This document shows positions 26,073 to 39,589 of a DNA stretch of 64,000 nt, piece by piece; position 1 is the stretch's first letter; the number at the start of each line of letters is the position of its first letter. Source of the DNA: Podarcis pityusensis (lineage: Eukaryota); assembly GCA_964106645.2 (NCBI GenBank), contig OZ067038.1. One strand, 5' to 3'. A model generated the notes under the pieces. That model made no database searches. It had not been told where the DNA came from and saw only the letters and a list, made by a program, of their open reading frames with translations. A program made the translations under genes and the position numbers.

Positions 26073-26556
26073 GTCCACTGGAAAACCAAAACAAACAAAA
26101 ACGACGCCTAGACATTCCATTATGGCAACTGTAACCCATGTTTATGGCGCCATTTTGTGCATATATATCTGGAGATGATGAATGAACTAGAGAGGAGATG
26201 GATCATTCTGAAACACTTTTTGGACTTACACATACTTCTTGCTTTAAAAAAAAAAAATCTACAAAGGAGCAGCACACATTCCTAAAAAGAAATTGTGCCC
26301 TTTTTGGAGGGTGGGGGACTGGAGGCAAGAGGTGCCAGGTCAGCAGCAGCTACTGACTAGCTCAATGTACCCCACATGGACCTGGACTTATTATGTCATA
26401 GGTCCATGCCCACATGGGATGCTGCTGGCCAATAAGCAGCTATGTGCCTGCACCATGGTGACCTATCTGCCCTCCACCACTGCTCAAGTCACCAGCTGGT
26501 AATGTCATGTCCACATTGTCAGCTACCACCTCTCATTTCTGCTAACATTATCTCAC

Positions 26557-26735
26557 CTAAGAAAAGCCCTGCTGGATCAAGCCAATGGCCCATCTAGACC
26601 TGCATGCTCTTTGTACAGCAACCAAACAGATGCATGTTGGAAACTTGCAAGCAGGATTTGAGCAGGAGAGAACTCCTCCCCTCCCTTTGGTTTCCAGCAA
26701 CCAATTTTCAGAAGCATTTCTGCCTCCAACCACGG
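26557..26735 (-). mobile_element. CR1 3' end fragment
   Basis: taagaaaagccctgctggatcaagccaatggcccatctag.cc.gcat.ct..t...cagcaaccaa.cagatgc is the reverse complement of the CR1 3' terminus. Confidence 0.7.
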
Positions 26736-27341
26736 CTGGTACCTAGAAGCTGACCTAGAACTGGTGCAGACCAGAGGAATCTGACTGTTCAACGTTGCTC
26801 AGAAGTAATTTAAGTATATTTAAAAATGGCTTTGTTGAAACCCCACAAACCTATACAATAAATCAAATCAAAGATATGGCCAGCATCTTTTTTTCACAGA
26901 TGTTTGTACATATGTTCTCAAAAAATTAATAGCCAATTTCTTTGGAAGATTCTATCACTATCTATCTTCTCTGCACAGAATGTGTTGGTTTTGAGAAGAG
27001 CAGAAGATCCATGCATTTTGTTTTCCCACTCCTAGACACTTGGAATTTCCTCCAACCTTTAGTATTTTTCATGAGCTCCCTGCTACCATAAACAAGCATG
27101 ATTACATCCCACCTTTCTCTTCAGTTAGTTTTTAAAAAAATAAGTTGGAAGGAAAACAACATGATCTATGTCTATTAAAGACTATTATACAAACCACATT
27201 CCCAATCATCACAGCAATACTTTTATTTAACTGGGCACATTCAGTCTTGAAGCAGCTTTATACAAATACAAAAAATAAAATAAAATCATCATCATGAAAT
27301 ATTTTACAGTGATGTGGATCCTTAGCAGTCAACGATGATTA

Positions 27342-27453
27342 CAATCTTACCTTGGAAGTCGAATGGAATCCATTCCAGAAATCTATTCAACTTCCAAAAT
27401 GTTCAAAAACCAAATTGCGGCTTCTGTAGCCAATCAGAAGCTGCGGAAGCCCC
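27342..27453. mobile_element. Partial inverted copy of the 22909 MITE family
   Basis: TA|caatcttaccttggaagtcgaatggaatccattcc...aacttccaaaatgttca aligns by eye to the reverse complement of ~23025-23158, with an internal deletion. Confidence 0.75.
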
Positions 27454-30400
27454 ACTTCCAGTTAGGAAGGGAGGAGGGAGAGCGCAAACAAAGCAGGAGA
27501 CATGGTGCCTGAAAATTATCTGCAAATTATCTGTAAAATATCTGTTCAGCTGAGCTACCCCCTGGGAAGCTGTCAAGTCTCCACCTTTAGTTCACAGGTA
27601 TATTGCCTTGTCAAAACACTTATCACAATGTTATTTCAATACCGGTATTCAACAATATGGCAATTTATCGCACAGCCCTAGTGTGTGTGTGTACATATAT
27701 AATGTAAATAAGGATTTATTACATATGCACTCTCTATCTGTTCTTTCATTTATTCCCCTATAGCTAACATTTTCACACCTCTTCTTGAGCTTCATAATTA
27801 TATATTTTTCCTCTATAAATCTTTATGGATTGTTTCACATTCTACAACCCTTTCATTAAAAAGGGGGAAGGGAAGGCTGTATATGTAAGTATACTTTCTA
27901 CTGCATGTAACACAATAGAACAGCAGCATATGCAACTCTTTCTGCTCTGTTCAAGTCCAGATCACTTTTAAGTAACATCACTCAAGGTACTTTACTTTAA
28001 ATTAAATACTTTAATAAGCATAGTGTCTTGGAATGTGTTCATCACACAAGAAATACAAGTCAAACCAGTTTCTCTTCACTTGAAAAAAAAAGGGAATGAG
28101 AAGCCACATCCCTGCACTATTCCTTTTACAATGGAAGTATCTAGACAAGTCAAGAACAACAAATGCAGACTTCAATAACTCATGCTCAAATCCTCCAAGG
28201 GAAACATTTTGTCAAGTATGTAGCATGTGGCTGAAATACTATGGCACATTATCACCCCACCTTTCTTCTAAGAAGTTCCATGTGATGTAGTTGGGGTTCT
28301 CTCTTGTTAACCACAGCAACTACCCTATGTGGCAAGTAGGTTGAGTCACTGCAATTTATCCAAGGCCACCCAGTGAGCTTGATAGCTCAAGCAAGAATTT
28401 CATCTGAGCTACTAAACAACAAACTCAAACCACTGCAGCACATGTAGAAGCTGGTCTGTTGCACAGAGTATTTCAAGGAACACGTAAGAAATGTAGACAA
28501 CTCTAAAGACTCATCTCTCACTCTTCACTTTTTTGCTATCAGTCACATGTGCTAAAATGGACTCACCCTATTTTGTTTATGCAGTGTTCCATTTATTCTA
28601 TTCACTTTCAAACTACATTTTGTAAGTCTGTCATTCTCAATTACCTTCACCGATGTCAATGACCTTTCATAAGTATGCCCTCCCCCTTTAGGAAAAGTCA
28701 GAGGAGAGTCACACTGTGCACTCTTATGTGGGAATAACCCCCACTGAATATAATAGGACTTACTTCACTGTTAATTGGTACTCTTAATCAAAATCAGCAT
28801 TAATTCAAAGAGAATGGGATCTTGGAATTCCCATTGCGGAACAAACATGGCTCCCCATATTTCATTCTATTAAGACAATGCCATTAAGTCTGCAAATACA
28901 GTGTAAACTGTTGCTTCAGTGGTTCTTAGAACACCAGTGCAACTTAATAGGATATCCTCAATCATTCAATTCAAATGCTAGAATGTAAGGCATCTGGAGC
29001 AGATCATCTTCATATCTGATGGGGATGCCAACAGGCTCAGGTGTACGAGCAACAAATACTGCATCATATCTCAAGATAGCATCTCTCACATTTGGTTCAT
29101 ATCCTACTGATATCGTTTAATGTGACAAAGACAGATTTACCAAGCCCTATGAAACTGTTCACGAAACTCATTGATTTCTGTTAAGACAATTATGGGCAAG
29201 ACATTGGAAACATTCCCAATCAACCACAATTTGGGAATGGTTATTAAAACATGTTAAAACTGGGCTGCAATGGATAAATTAACCAAAGAGGTGCACAGGA
29301 AAGAAGGCTTGCAACAAATAATCAGAGGAGATGATAAGGATAGAATTTTACAAATTAATGATAAGATTATGGATAGCACTGAGCAAATGGCATTCCAATG
29401 AGAGTGCCAATTCATTATTATGAAGTATGTGTATATAGGTGTATAAATGACAAGGATGCCATTTTCCCAAAGATGGATAATTTAGGACAGAGAAATGGAC
29501 TAGGCCTATAACTATAGATAATGGGGATGCTATTCCTTTAGGGAAAGTGGACAAAGCATTCTGGAAGCATGAGAGGAGGAGCAGAAGCAAAGACAGAAGT
29601 TCAGTCTCATTCAAAGTACTGACATCAGTGTCAAAGCATGACCCTGCATGTGTTTTCCCAAAAGGCTCTGTAGGAGGCCTCTCGCTGGAGGAAAGGGATA
29701 CAGCGAGATGTGCATCCCACTGTGATAGGAATGTCCACATCACCTGGTGGCCAGCAGCGTTAGTAGAACTTCAAAAGCAAAGTAGAATTTTATTCTGGAG
29801 TGTTTTGACATATGCTTGCATGTACCTGTGAGATGACTTTGTTCAAAGACTTGAAGAGGGCCCAATTATTTTCACAACATAAAAATAATTATATCCTTTA
29901 AAAAAAATGTTTTAAATTGTGCTTCTGTGTTACTATGAAGCTTGACCCTTCAGGGACCAGGTAAATCTAACTTTATGCTTCATGGTTTCAAAGAAAATTA
30001 AAGTTCATGGTTGTTTTCTATGAAGTACTTATGCATACTAATAATTTAATTCAGTTATTAAATGTGTATACAGCCCTTCATCGGAAGACCACAGAGCGGT
30101 TCACAACACAAAAACACAAAATACACAACAAAAAACACAAAATCAGCCATATTAAGATTTATAAGTTAGAAGAATGAATTCTCTTACACTGTGTCACCCA
30201 ATGGCCATGTTTGCACATCATGGGAAGTCATACACCATGAAGTAGTGCATATAAGTGAATTGTATCCACTTTGGTCCTTCCTATTAGCTTGCAAAGGAAA
30301 CAAAGTCTGGCTTAGCAGTATGTCTAAATTTAAACAAACCTTGATCAAAGAACAAAATTTGGCTTACCAATCATGGTTTAAGGCTTACTGTGATGTGTGA

Positions 30401-32371
30401 ATGCAGCCAATGCCTTTTGCTGGTTGTTTCATAACAATTTGTGTCAGTGCCAGATTTCTTTTGCTAACCCATCTTTGGATCCAGCCCATGACATTTAAAT
30501 TGTCTTGTGTATGCAAAGCTTGCTATGGAAAAGTTCAGCTGTGCAATAATTTTGGCATAGGAAATGAAATGAAGGCTATGCAAACAAGAGGAAAGGAGGG
30601 AAATGCTTTAGAAGTCAGGAAATGTTTCTTTCCTCCTGTTTGTAGAGACTGGGTACCAGCCTGTGTAGTCCAAAATCCAACCGGAAATGCAGTAACCCAC
30701 ACATTATTTTAGCCTTGAACAGGGATTTTTTTGGTCAAAATTAAACTTAGTTGTTTCAATATGGGGAGTGCATTTTGGTATACTAATAGAAGAATAGGGA
30801 ATTAAGTGTATTATGGCTGTGTCATCTCTAGGACATTTTGAATAAACACATCAAAGTGCATTTCCTAATCATGATTATAAGATCTGTTACTGGTTTACAG
30901 AGAGGAAAGCAACAGTTTTAGTTACAGAAGTTTCAATGTGAAAGTTTCCACCAGACAGAAGACAGAGCCTGGCAAGACAGATCAAAGCATCCTTTAATTA
31001 TTTTAAGAATATTGTCTTCCATGAAAACATGTGATACGACACCATGCTCTAGTCATTGGGCTGGATCCAAAGGACTATGAGTGGAAGGAAAATAGTAATT
31101 GGCTCTGTTCTGCAACACTCAAACAGATCACAAAGTGGGAGCAACTATGGCTCAGTGGCACAGTGCATGCTCTACAAGAAGAACATCCCAAGTTGAATCC
31201 CCAGCATTTAGAGTTATAAGCAGGGAACTTGCCAGAACTGAGTTCTGGCACCTCTCAGGTGGGCATCATTGCCATTATAAGAGAACAAGAGAGACGTTCA
31301 TGGTGAGTTCTGACACCTCTTTTTCTAGAAAAATAGCACTGGTTGTAAGGCTCAGGTAACAGGGGATAGGAAAGACCTCTGTCCAACTGTGGGGTGCCAC
31401 AAGCCATGGGAATATTGCCATGTATACACCAAGAACAAGCACACACACTTCCTGTGAGAACAGAAATAATTTTGTTTTCTTTATAAAGCAAGGCCAAAAG
31501 GTTAAGCTAATCATGAATTTACTGTGTTTCACAGTAATGTGCAGAACACAATCAAATGAAAAATCCAACAAAATAAATAAGATCCAAGCTTGCAGGCAAC
31601 CCTTTACTGACCAAGGATCTCTGGTAATGAATAGGCATAGCAAGGTCAATAGTATAGATAGACACCTAAAGAGGGCCAATTATACTGAACAGTGAATTGT
31701 GAAAAATTAATGTGGCATTCATACAAGCAAAATTCATAGTTTGCTTTTTGTGATTTAGCAAGAGGAAAGTATAGCAATCACTAAGCTCAAAATTTGATTA
31801 CTTTGGCCTGGTGATGGTGCAATGCTCTTTTTGTCTAACCATGTTTAGGAGACTGGGATCATCTCATCTGAGAGCAACACACGTGCTATTCTTCTACCTC
31901 TCATTACTATTGGTCTTGAAACATACAAGAAAGAACATGAATAGGTTTAATTGGGACAGAAGAGTAATTGATGCCCTTATATTCCTATGCTCTTCTACTT
32001 AACCGTTGTAAATTAAGTCAATTACCCTCCTAAACAATGGTCTGAAATCCATTATATGGGGTGGAAACTTTTCCATTACTGTAGTTTTCCATAGGAAAAT
32101 ATTCCACCTTCAAAACTGATCACACTAACATTATACACACAATACAAATTGAGCAAATAGAAAAGATACAGTATCTAAAAATCAAAGTTGTAATTCTTTT
32201 TTCATAGCTTCATTTTCTCTCTTAAAATCTAACTGCACACTAATGAGTTGACTTTAACATTATTTACACATATTCCAATGAAGTAACAATAACTAATAAG
32301 CCAAGCTCTGACTTTCTTTCTAGTAGCACCTCCCCCCCCCCCCCCAATGCTGTGCAGCAGACTGGTTGGAG

Positions 32372-32520
32372 CAACATGGGAAGCTGCCTTATACCCAGTC
32401 AAAGCATTGAGTCCATCTAGGTCAGTACAGTCTACATTGGTTGGGACTGGCTCTCTAGGGGACATTCCTAGCCCTACCTTAGAGATGCCAGGGATTGATC
32501 ATGCAATCATGCAAGTGGTT
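32372..32520 (-). mobile_element. Squam3-like SINE, reverse orientation
   Basis: aacatgggaagctgccttata..cagtca.agcattg.gtccatctag..cagta is the reverse complement of the same tail and body. Confidence 0.65.
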
Positions 32521-32666
32521 GTTTTATCACTTATGGTCCTTCTTCAAACTTGGAGAGTGCCTCTGATTCAACAGGAGAAACTAAGGCTAGCATAAAACAT
32601 GAGGAAAACCACGAGGGAGAACACAGAAGTGCCTGAACACACCTAGGTGAGTATCCTTTTAAAGTA

Positions 32667-32897
32667 CAGTGGTACCTCAGGTTAAGAACTTAATTTGTTC
32701 TGGAGGCCCGTTCTTAACCTGAAACTGTTCTTAACCTGAGGTACCACTTTAGCTGATGGGGCCTCCCGCTGCTGCCATGCAATTTCTGTTCTCTTCCTGA
32801 AGCAAAGCTCTTAACCCAAGGTACTATTTCTGGGTTAGCGGAGTCTGTAATCTGAAGCATCTGTAACCTGAAGCGTCTGTAACCCAAGGTACCACTG
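32667..32897. mobile_element. Tigger/pogo-like MITE, 231 bp
   Basis: TA|CAGTGGTACCTCAGGTTA ... TAACCCAAGGTACCACTG|TA; internal repeats of taacctga. Confidence 0.87.
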
Positions 32898-33041
32898 TAT
32901 GTCATTCCCCCCTTTTAAAAGGCTAAGTTATTATAATCCCAGTATTCTGCCTGCCCCATCAGAAGGTATTAAAAAGTAAAGAACAGTAGATCACCAGGAC
33001 AAGATAACCGAAGGTTACAAATATCTATTAATATGTATATA

Positions 33042-33178
33042 GCAGGTGTGGGGAGCCTATGGCCCTCCAGATATTGTTGGACCTCCAACTCCCATCAATC
33101 CTACTCTGCACAGGTAATGGTCAAGGATGATGGGAATTGCAATCCAAAAATTATATGGAGGGTCAGTTTCCCACCCTG
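33042..33178. mobile_element. Short (~135 bp) palindromic hAT-like MITE; related copies near 11435-11520, 20841-20973, 34140-34235, 37283-37380 and 52085-52203
   Basis: Shared self-complementary core ctccagatattgttggac..caactcccatca...gatgatgggag/aattg..tcca..a.ctggag across the copies. Confidence 0.65.
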
Positions 33179-34289
33179 ATGTGTGGAGCGTGCTTCCCTT
33201 CTGCAAGGGGAATTCCCAAGCCTCCACCAATACTGAACTGAACAGTAAGCGTGGCCTCAGAAACAAGCCAGGTTTAATGTACCTGCCAACCCCAACTCCC
33301 TGATGATAGAGGGGAGGAATATGTTTATCTTCAGAGCAAAAAGCTATTGTGCTCCCAGCTGGCTTTATACTTACCTTGGCTTCCTCATCTCAAAGGTGAG
33401 TCCTCCCAGGTTGGCCACCCCAGGTCTAACACCATATCCATTTAAGACTACCTGCTGCTTCGCCTTCCCTTCTCCCACCAGGCCTAATAGGAAGCATTAC
33501 CTTTCTGAGAATTGGAGAGATCCCTGAAGTTGTTTTATCCAGGGACTTCTGGGATTGATGCCTAACCATAACATATCAAATGAAGCAACAAACAAACAAG
33601 CTTAATGGATAAGCCCAGATAGGAGCACCCTACTGGGAAAAGGCCACAGTAATTTCAGAGGAGAGAACAACAAGAGGTTGCTTCTCTCTTGAATCTTACT
33701 GCCCAGTATAATCACTCAGCCAAGACTTCAAAGCAAGCACTTCAATATTAGCTGCAACACTGAATAAGACTATATTTAAATACATTAATCAAGATCAAAA
33801 CAGGATCCTTGCCAAGTGGTAACAATTTACACCACAAAGGAATTCATTCCTTGGGTTATTTGAATTAAAAAAGATCAGCATTTCCTCCTCTGATTCCAGA
33901 ATTAGAAAGAGCTGTCATTAAATTGGGGGGAGGGGGAGAAATTATTGTTATTATTAAACTGAAGGCATTAAAGATGCTTAATAAGAATGATAAAATTAAA
34001 AGTACTGGAATAATTTAAATAAATCCTTCCTCTAAAGGCTTAATCAATGGTTAGGTTTCTGAAATAGTTAATGTTGAAAGGCCATCAAATAGCGGAGTCT
34101 CATTCCTACAACATTGCTTAGCATCTTTGTTCAGCAAGCATAGCCATTATGCTCTTGGGTCCCATTATCCCCGACCACCTGATGAGAGCTGCAGTCCAAC
34201 AACATCTGGAAAGTGCCATGTGGGCTACTCCTGCTGTGTAGGATATTTTTTAAAAAATAAAATGATGTAAACATGCATTACTTAAAGAG

Positions 34290-34485
34290 TGTGGCTTAGC
34301 AGCAAATCACAGATTCAAAGTCCCAGATTCAATCCTTGGCATCTCTAGATGGGACTGTGGAAAACTCCTGTCTCAAATGCTGCAGAGCAGCTGCCTGTTG
34401 CTGTAGACAACACTGAGCTAGATGGCTCTAGTAGTATAAGGTAGTTAGATGCATTCTCTGTAAGGCAGCTTCTTCCTATGTTCCT
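34290..34485 (+). mobile_element. Squam3-like SINE
   Basis: B-box-like gattcaatccttggcatctc; body gtagacaacactgagctagatgg; tail aaggcagcttcttcctatgttcct. Confidence 0.65.
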
Positions 34486-34599
34486 ACAACATAGCAGTGT
34501 GCACTTTTTCCTTTTGATGCACAAGGCATGTTAATGAATTGCAAAGAGTATGCCAGGTAACATGTTCAGATATTAATGCAGAAAGATTTTATTATTTCT

Positions 34600-34956
34600 T
34601 GTGCTGGAGGAGACTCTTGAGAGTCCCATGGACTGCAAGAAGATCAAACCGATCCATTCTTAAGGAAATCAGCCCTGAGTGCTCACTGGAAGGACAGATC
34701 GTGAAGCTGAGGCTCCAGTACTTTGGCCACCTCATGAGAAGAGAAGACTCCCTGGAAAAGACCCTGATGTTGGGGAAGATGGAGGGCACAAGGAGAAGGG
34801 GACAACAGAGGCCGAGATGGCTGGACACTGTTCTTGAAGCTATAAACATGAGTTTGACCAAACTGCGGGAGGCAGTGAAAGAGAGGAGTGCCTGGCGTGC
34901 TCTGGTCCATGGGGTCATGAAGAGTCGGATACGACTAAACAACTAAACAACAACAA
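34600..34956 (+). mobile_element. RTE-BovB LINE, 5'-truncated 3' end
   Basis: Peptide CWRRLLRVPWTARRSN.SILKEISPECSLEG..KLRLQYFGHLMRREDSLEKTLMLGK.EG.RRRG..R.RWLD is the BovB ORF C-terminus; ends in a (CAA)n tail. Confidence 0.93.
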
Positions 34957-37900
34957 TGCATTAGGCACAAAGGGAAAGATCTTTCTATATCTCCATTTCC
35001 CAGACCAGAGAATAGGATAAGTGCACACAGATCTGCTAATCAGCTGAGGTACCTCACTTTCTAACTAGTATCTTTTTTTGCCACCCAGAAAGTAAGAAAG
35101 TGTGACTGATTCACTGCTGCACACCAATCTCTTTGTGGCCCTTCAGTAATCCAAGATCCAGCAAGGAGAAGATTCATAGATCTGCAGCCCTGCCCATCAG
35201 TGGCTGTTGTTTGGAGGGAGGAGAAAAAAGAGTTTAATTCCCAACTGCATCCATGTCCTCCTTTTTTAAGGACAGCCAGTGGGAGACATGGTGCAGTGAG
35301 AAGATGATGTTGAAGCAAATATCTGTGCTAGTGGGGACAAACAATGCATTTGTGCATAAAACTCAACACTGAAAACTTTCTTCCCCGTGTTCTTCTGATA
35401 GAATGAGGATCTTGCTAGTTCAGAGACATGTGCATACTTCATGAGTAAGAAGAGGTGGGTGCCATGCCACTAAAGGTGCAGCATTATGAGGCTTAACTGT
35501 AAGATTACTACACCAATCCATTAAGAACAGTATCAAGATTGGCAATGGTGATCATTATGATTAGGGTTACTTACTCAGTTGAAACTAGCAACATGTTAGC
35601 CCAAATGGAATGCACATTCTCTGCACCATAATCTCCTCTACACAAAATACTCAGTCATGACTTGAAGGAACAAGATCTTATTGATGGGGCTCACAAGAAT
35701 GGAAATAGCACAGAAAGCGGAGGAAACTGTCAGTCAGGTCTTCTGTGCTCTTCTTGCCAAGAAAGCATTTAAATCTTGCTACATGCGTCTTTCCTCATAT
35801 CAACTGAAAAAATCAGTGGTACCAAGCCAAGCTGCCATTGTTTTTGGCATACATTTTAAAACCTGCTTTGCTGGTTTCCCATACTTATGGCTAAGTTTGT
35901 AACAAATATTCAAGTGTTTGTCTTAATTTTGTTTACTTTAACTTTTTACATGCCACTTTTCCAGCTGTTATGAGTGGCCAAAATCAGCTTAGAGCTAAAC
36001 TACTTGAATGTAATAATGATAAGCAGGTAAGAAGCAATGCAGCATGTATAATATTCCAAAGAAGAAATGGGAAAGCAAAGTACATTGACAAACACCAGCT
36101 GGGCATATAAGCCTGCTGATACAAACCAGTTTTCAATGCCATAGTAGGAGCCAAACCATAATCAAGGGCAATGTGTTTCATAATCTGGAAATTACTATGG
36201 ATAAGGCCCTCTTTGGCATCACCACCAACTAAGCCTCTTACTTGTATTAGAGACAGCAAGAGAGACCTGTAACAGTGGCAATGTGAAGTGCTATTCATAA
36301 GGGTTCTAGGTAGTCAAGCAACAATACCTTCTTTCAGGATACACCATTTCATAGTAATTACTATCTCAGAACTATGCATTCATGAAATTGGGAGGCAAAT
36401 GAGGAAAACCTAAGGTTATTAATTTAGTTACCCAAGCAGAAATGAAGACAATTCATCTAATTAAACAATGATGTAGAAATACCTGCAAGCTTATTGGTGC
36501 TACTCAAATTTACAAAAAATAGGCTACATGTGTAGCAGAAAAGCTTATTGCTGGACTGTTACATCTAAATGTTTTGCACATAAAGCCATCAACTCAGCTA
36601 CCTCTTGGATTATGCTGGAACTACAAAAAAAGAGTTTTGCTTCCTTGGTGCTAAAGTGTTCAACTTTCTAAGGCTAAATGTGCATCTTTCTGAAGTTCAA
36701 GTAGGGTTATAAAGGCATAATTCCAAAAGATTTACAGTCTTTTTGGTTCATGTATCACAAAGCTAGTCTTTAAGAGACCGTGGTCCATTATTACATCAAT
36801 CCTGGAAGAGGACTGTGATCTGCAGCCGTAATTATATCACTAATTTTATTATCATAAGAACAGCTGCTTTTCTAATTGCAGTTCAGTTTAATGTCCATGT
36901 GTGGCAGCCATAACAGCAACATTATAGGAAGAGGAAGAACTTGAGCAAGAACTTTGTTTCTGATATTTTATTATATATGCTTGCCAGGATTTTAAAAAAG
37001 AAACAAATCAAATAGATTTTGAATAGAATATTCAAAGCTAGATATGTCAACCATGTTTCAGCAGCAGGAGGGCCACTTAAGAACAGAACACCACTTAATA
37101 CTAAAAAAAGAGAAATGTGCCAAAAAAAGAAGTTTTCTTTTGGAGTATCTCCAACCAATGGACTCCTGACACAGGCATTGGTAAGTTACACTGCTTCTTA
37201 CATTGTGGGGTTGTAAAGATAACAGAGGACATCAGGTTTTAGCAGCAGTCTAGTGTTCTTACCACAAACGGTTTTGCTCTATGGTGGTGAACCTGTGGCC
37301 CTCCAGATATTGTTGGACTCCAACTCCCATCAGCCCCAGCAAGGATTGTCAGGGATGATGGGAGCTGAAGTTCAACATCACCATCTCTATTCTATGACAC
37401 CCAACTATAGAATGAATGCGGGACAGCCAAGAAAAGGCCATCATCACAAAAAAGTGCTATGCATAAGAATTCCTATCCTTGGATCAAAGTACAACATGTT
37501 CTTAAGTTCTGAACCATGGGACTTATATAGGTATTCACCTCATCCATCTTTTGCTTCAGTGAGATGCTCATAGTTCAGTAATATCCGCCCCCCTCCCCCC
37601 GGGAAGCATTTGTATGATAATTTGAAAATGCAAAGCACTAGCTGCAAATCACCTCAACAAAAAGTCCAATTGACCACAATCCTCAAATCATTCTGTAGTC
37701 TCTCAAAGAGCAGGGAGAGGACTTGGCTGTCCTAAAGCAAAACAACACTGGTACATTTGTGTTTCAAAATAGGGCAACCTATTGAAAACAGAGTCCTGTC
37801 TCCCCACTTTCAGCGAGAGCTCCACTAATGCCATCTGAAAACACCTGCTCTCCCAAGCGAGTGTTTGACATACACTATACAGAAGTCTGTTCCAATCTGG

Positions 37901-39413
37901 CAGGAAAAGCACAAGCTGTACACCCGTTAGAAAGAACAGATGAATAGAGGTGAGGAATAGAAGATACCCAAAGAGGAAACAGACTGGCAACAAGAAATGG
38001 TCTCCCCAGCAAAAGTACTTTCCCCACATTAATCTGTTAAAAAAGCACCCAAAGCAGCACAAAAAAGAATGCAAACATTATAACTGTACTGCTACAAATA
38101 AGGAGGTAAAAAACACAACATGCCTGTAATTAGATAAGAGCTCTCTCAAGCAACTTCCCAAAAGAAGAAAATAATCATCAGAATACAAACATGTTCAAGT
38201 TTATCACTGCCAGTAGCACTATGCCAAAACCGAGCTGAATACAGCGGACAAAGCAATAAGGGGCAGAAACAAATGGACACAGAAGTAAGAGCGACACAAA
38301 TATAGCAAAAGCTCCTTCTGAAACCAGAAGAAGAATCCAGAACAGAAATACAAATGAACAGTTTAGGTGTAATTTTAAAGTCAAACTGGAAAGATTTGTA
38401 TCACTTTGCCCCTCTTGCCAAGTACAGGGTGCTGTGGTATCAAGCCACTTTGTGTGTTATTGCTGCTAAAAGCACATTAATAAGGCAGTGTTGTCTGAGA
38501 GAGAAATTTAGCAGGGAACAACATTGTCCAAAGAGAAATTTAGCGGGAAGAACTTGGCTTACGCTTAACTTTCCACAATCCATAAAATTAATACAGTGAC
38601 AACTTGGCAAAGGCCAGCTAGTTTTTATCTTCTTGAACCATTTGCTTCTAGTTGTTCAGGGCCATGTTGAAAGAAGTTAGCTTTCATAGACCCACATATG
38701 TTGCCTGCAGTGACCCAAGCCTCATGTACCTATCTGGATATCTTTTGTTAGACAAATCTGGGCCTGTTCTATCTACATAGTTGCCACTTGATTCAGTGAT
38801 AAACTTAAAGGGTTGGATCCAAATAACTGTGAGTGGAAGGAAACAGCCACCACTGCTCCACAAATGCCCATCCAAGAACTTGTGCTATAGTGCTATAATA
38901 TGTAGGTTCTCTTATAGTTGTTATGCTTCCAAGTTCACAAGCTTTTGTGCTTATACGAAAGAACGTAATTAGATTTAGTCAAACTTTTTCTCGTACAGCT
39001 CTTTAGTATGAGGTGTAAAAGACATCCCTTCAATAAGGAGAATACACATTCTTGCATGTGAGGCACAATATCCTAAAAAAGACCCCAACACAATATCCTA
39101 AAAAAGAACAGCACAAATGTTTTACTAGTTTTTATTCAAATGATTTCTGCAGAGCTAACAGAATCCCTTTTAAGGTTTGCAAACAACAGCCTTATATTTA
39201 TATACGAGGAAGAAGTTTTTGCAAGTGAATAGCTCCATAACACAAGTTGCTTCACAGCATACAGGTGATGCATATGGGCAACCTCAACCATTTTGACTTA
39301 CTTGGCTTCAGTATTTATTCATTTAGGGGTTGTTTGAATGCCCTGCACAAAATCACTTAAAGCACCTTCTCACTTTAACAACATATCCCTCAATTTTCGA
39401 AATGTATACTTAC

Positions 39414-39589
39414 GGTTGGCATAGTTTTACTAAGTCCTGGTCAGTGGTGTTTGGTGGCAGACCTCGGATATAAAGATTTGTTTTGCTTAATTGATCCCAT
39501 CCTGAGTTGCTGCTGCTGCTGTTGTTGCTATTGCTGCTGGTGATGATGGGGCTAGGAGGAGCCATTGGATGGGCAGGCACGATGGGCTG
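39414..39589 (-). CDS. RBMS1: RBMS1 exon 2 (176 nt), [14 protein letters not shown]...[23 protein letters not shown]; start of RRM1
   Basis: Acceptor ttatttttcag|CAG, donor CC|gtaagt; RNP2-like LYIRGL; visible in ORF 39410..39745. Confidence 0.97.

Noticed and set aside
1117-39589. Assignment to RBMS3 or RBMS2
   Set aside because: Diagnostic residues (GWDQLSK, DKTTNKCKG, EVRL, MTLTYDPTTAA) and the MIFP first exon fit RBMS1.
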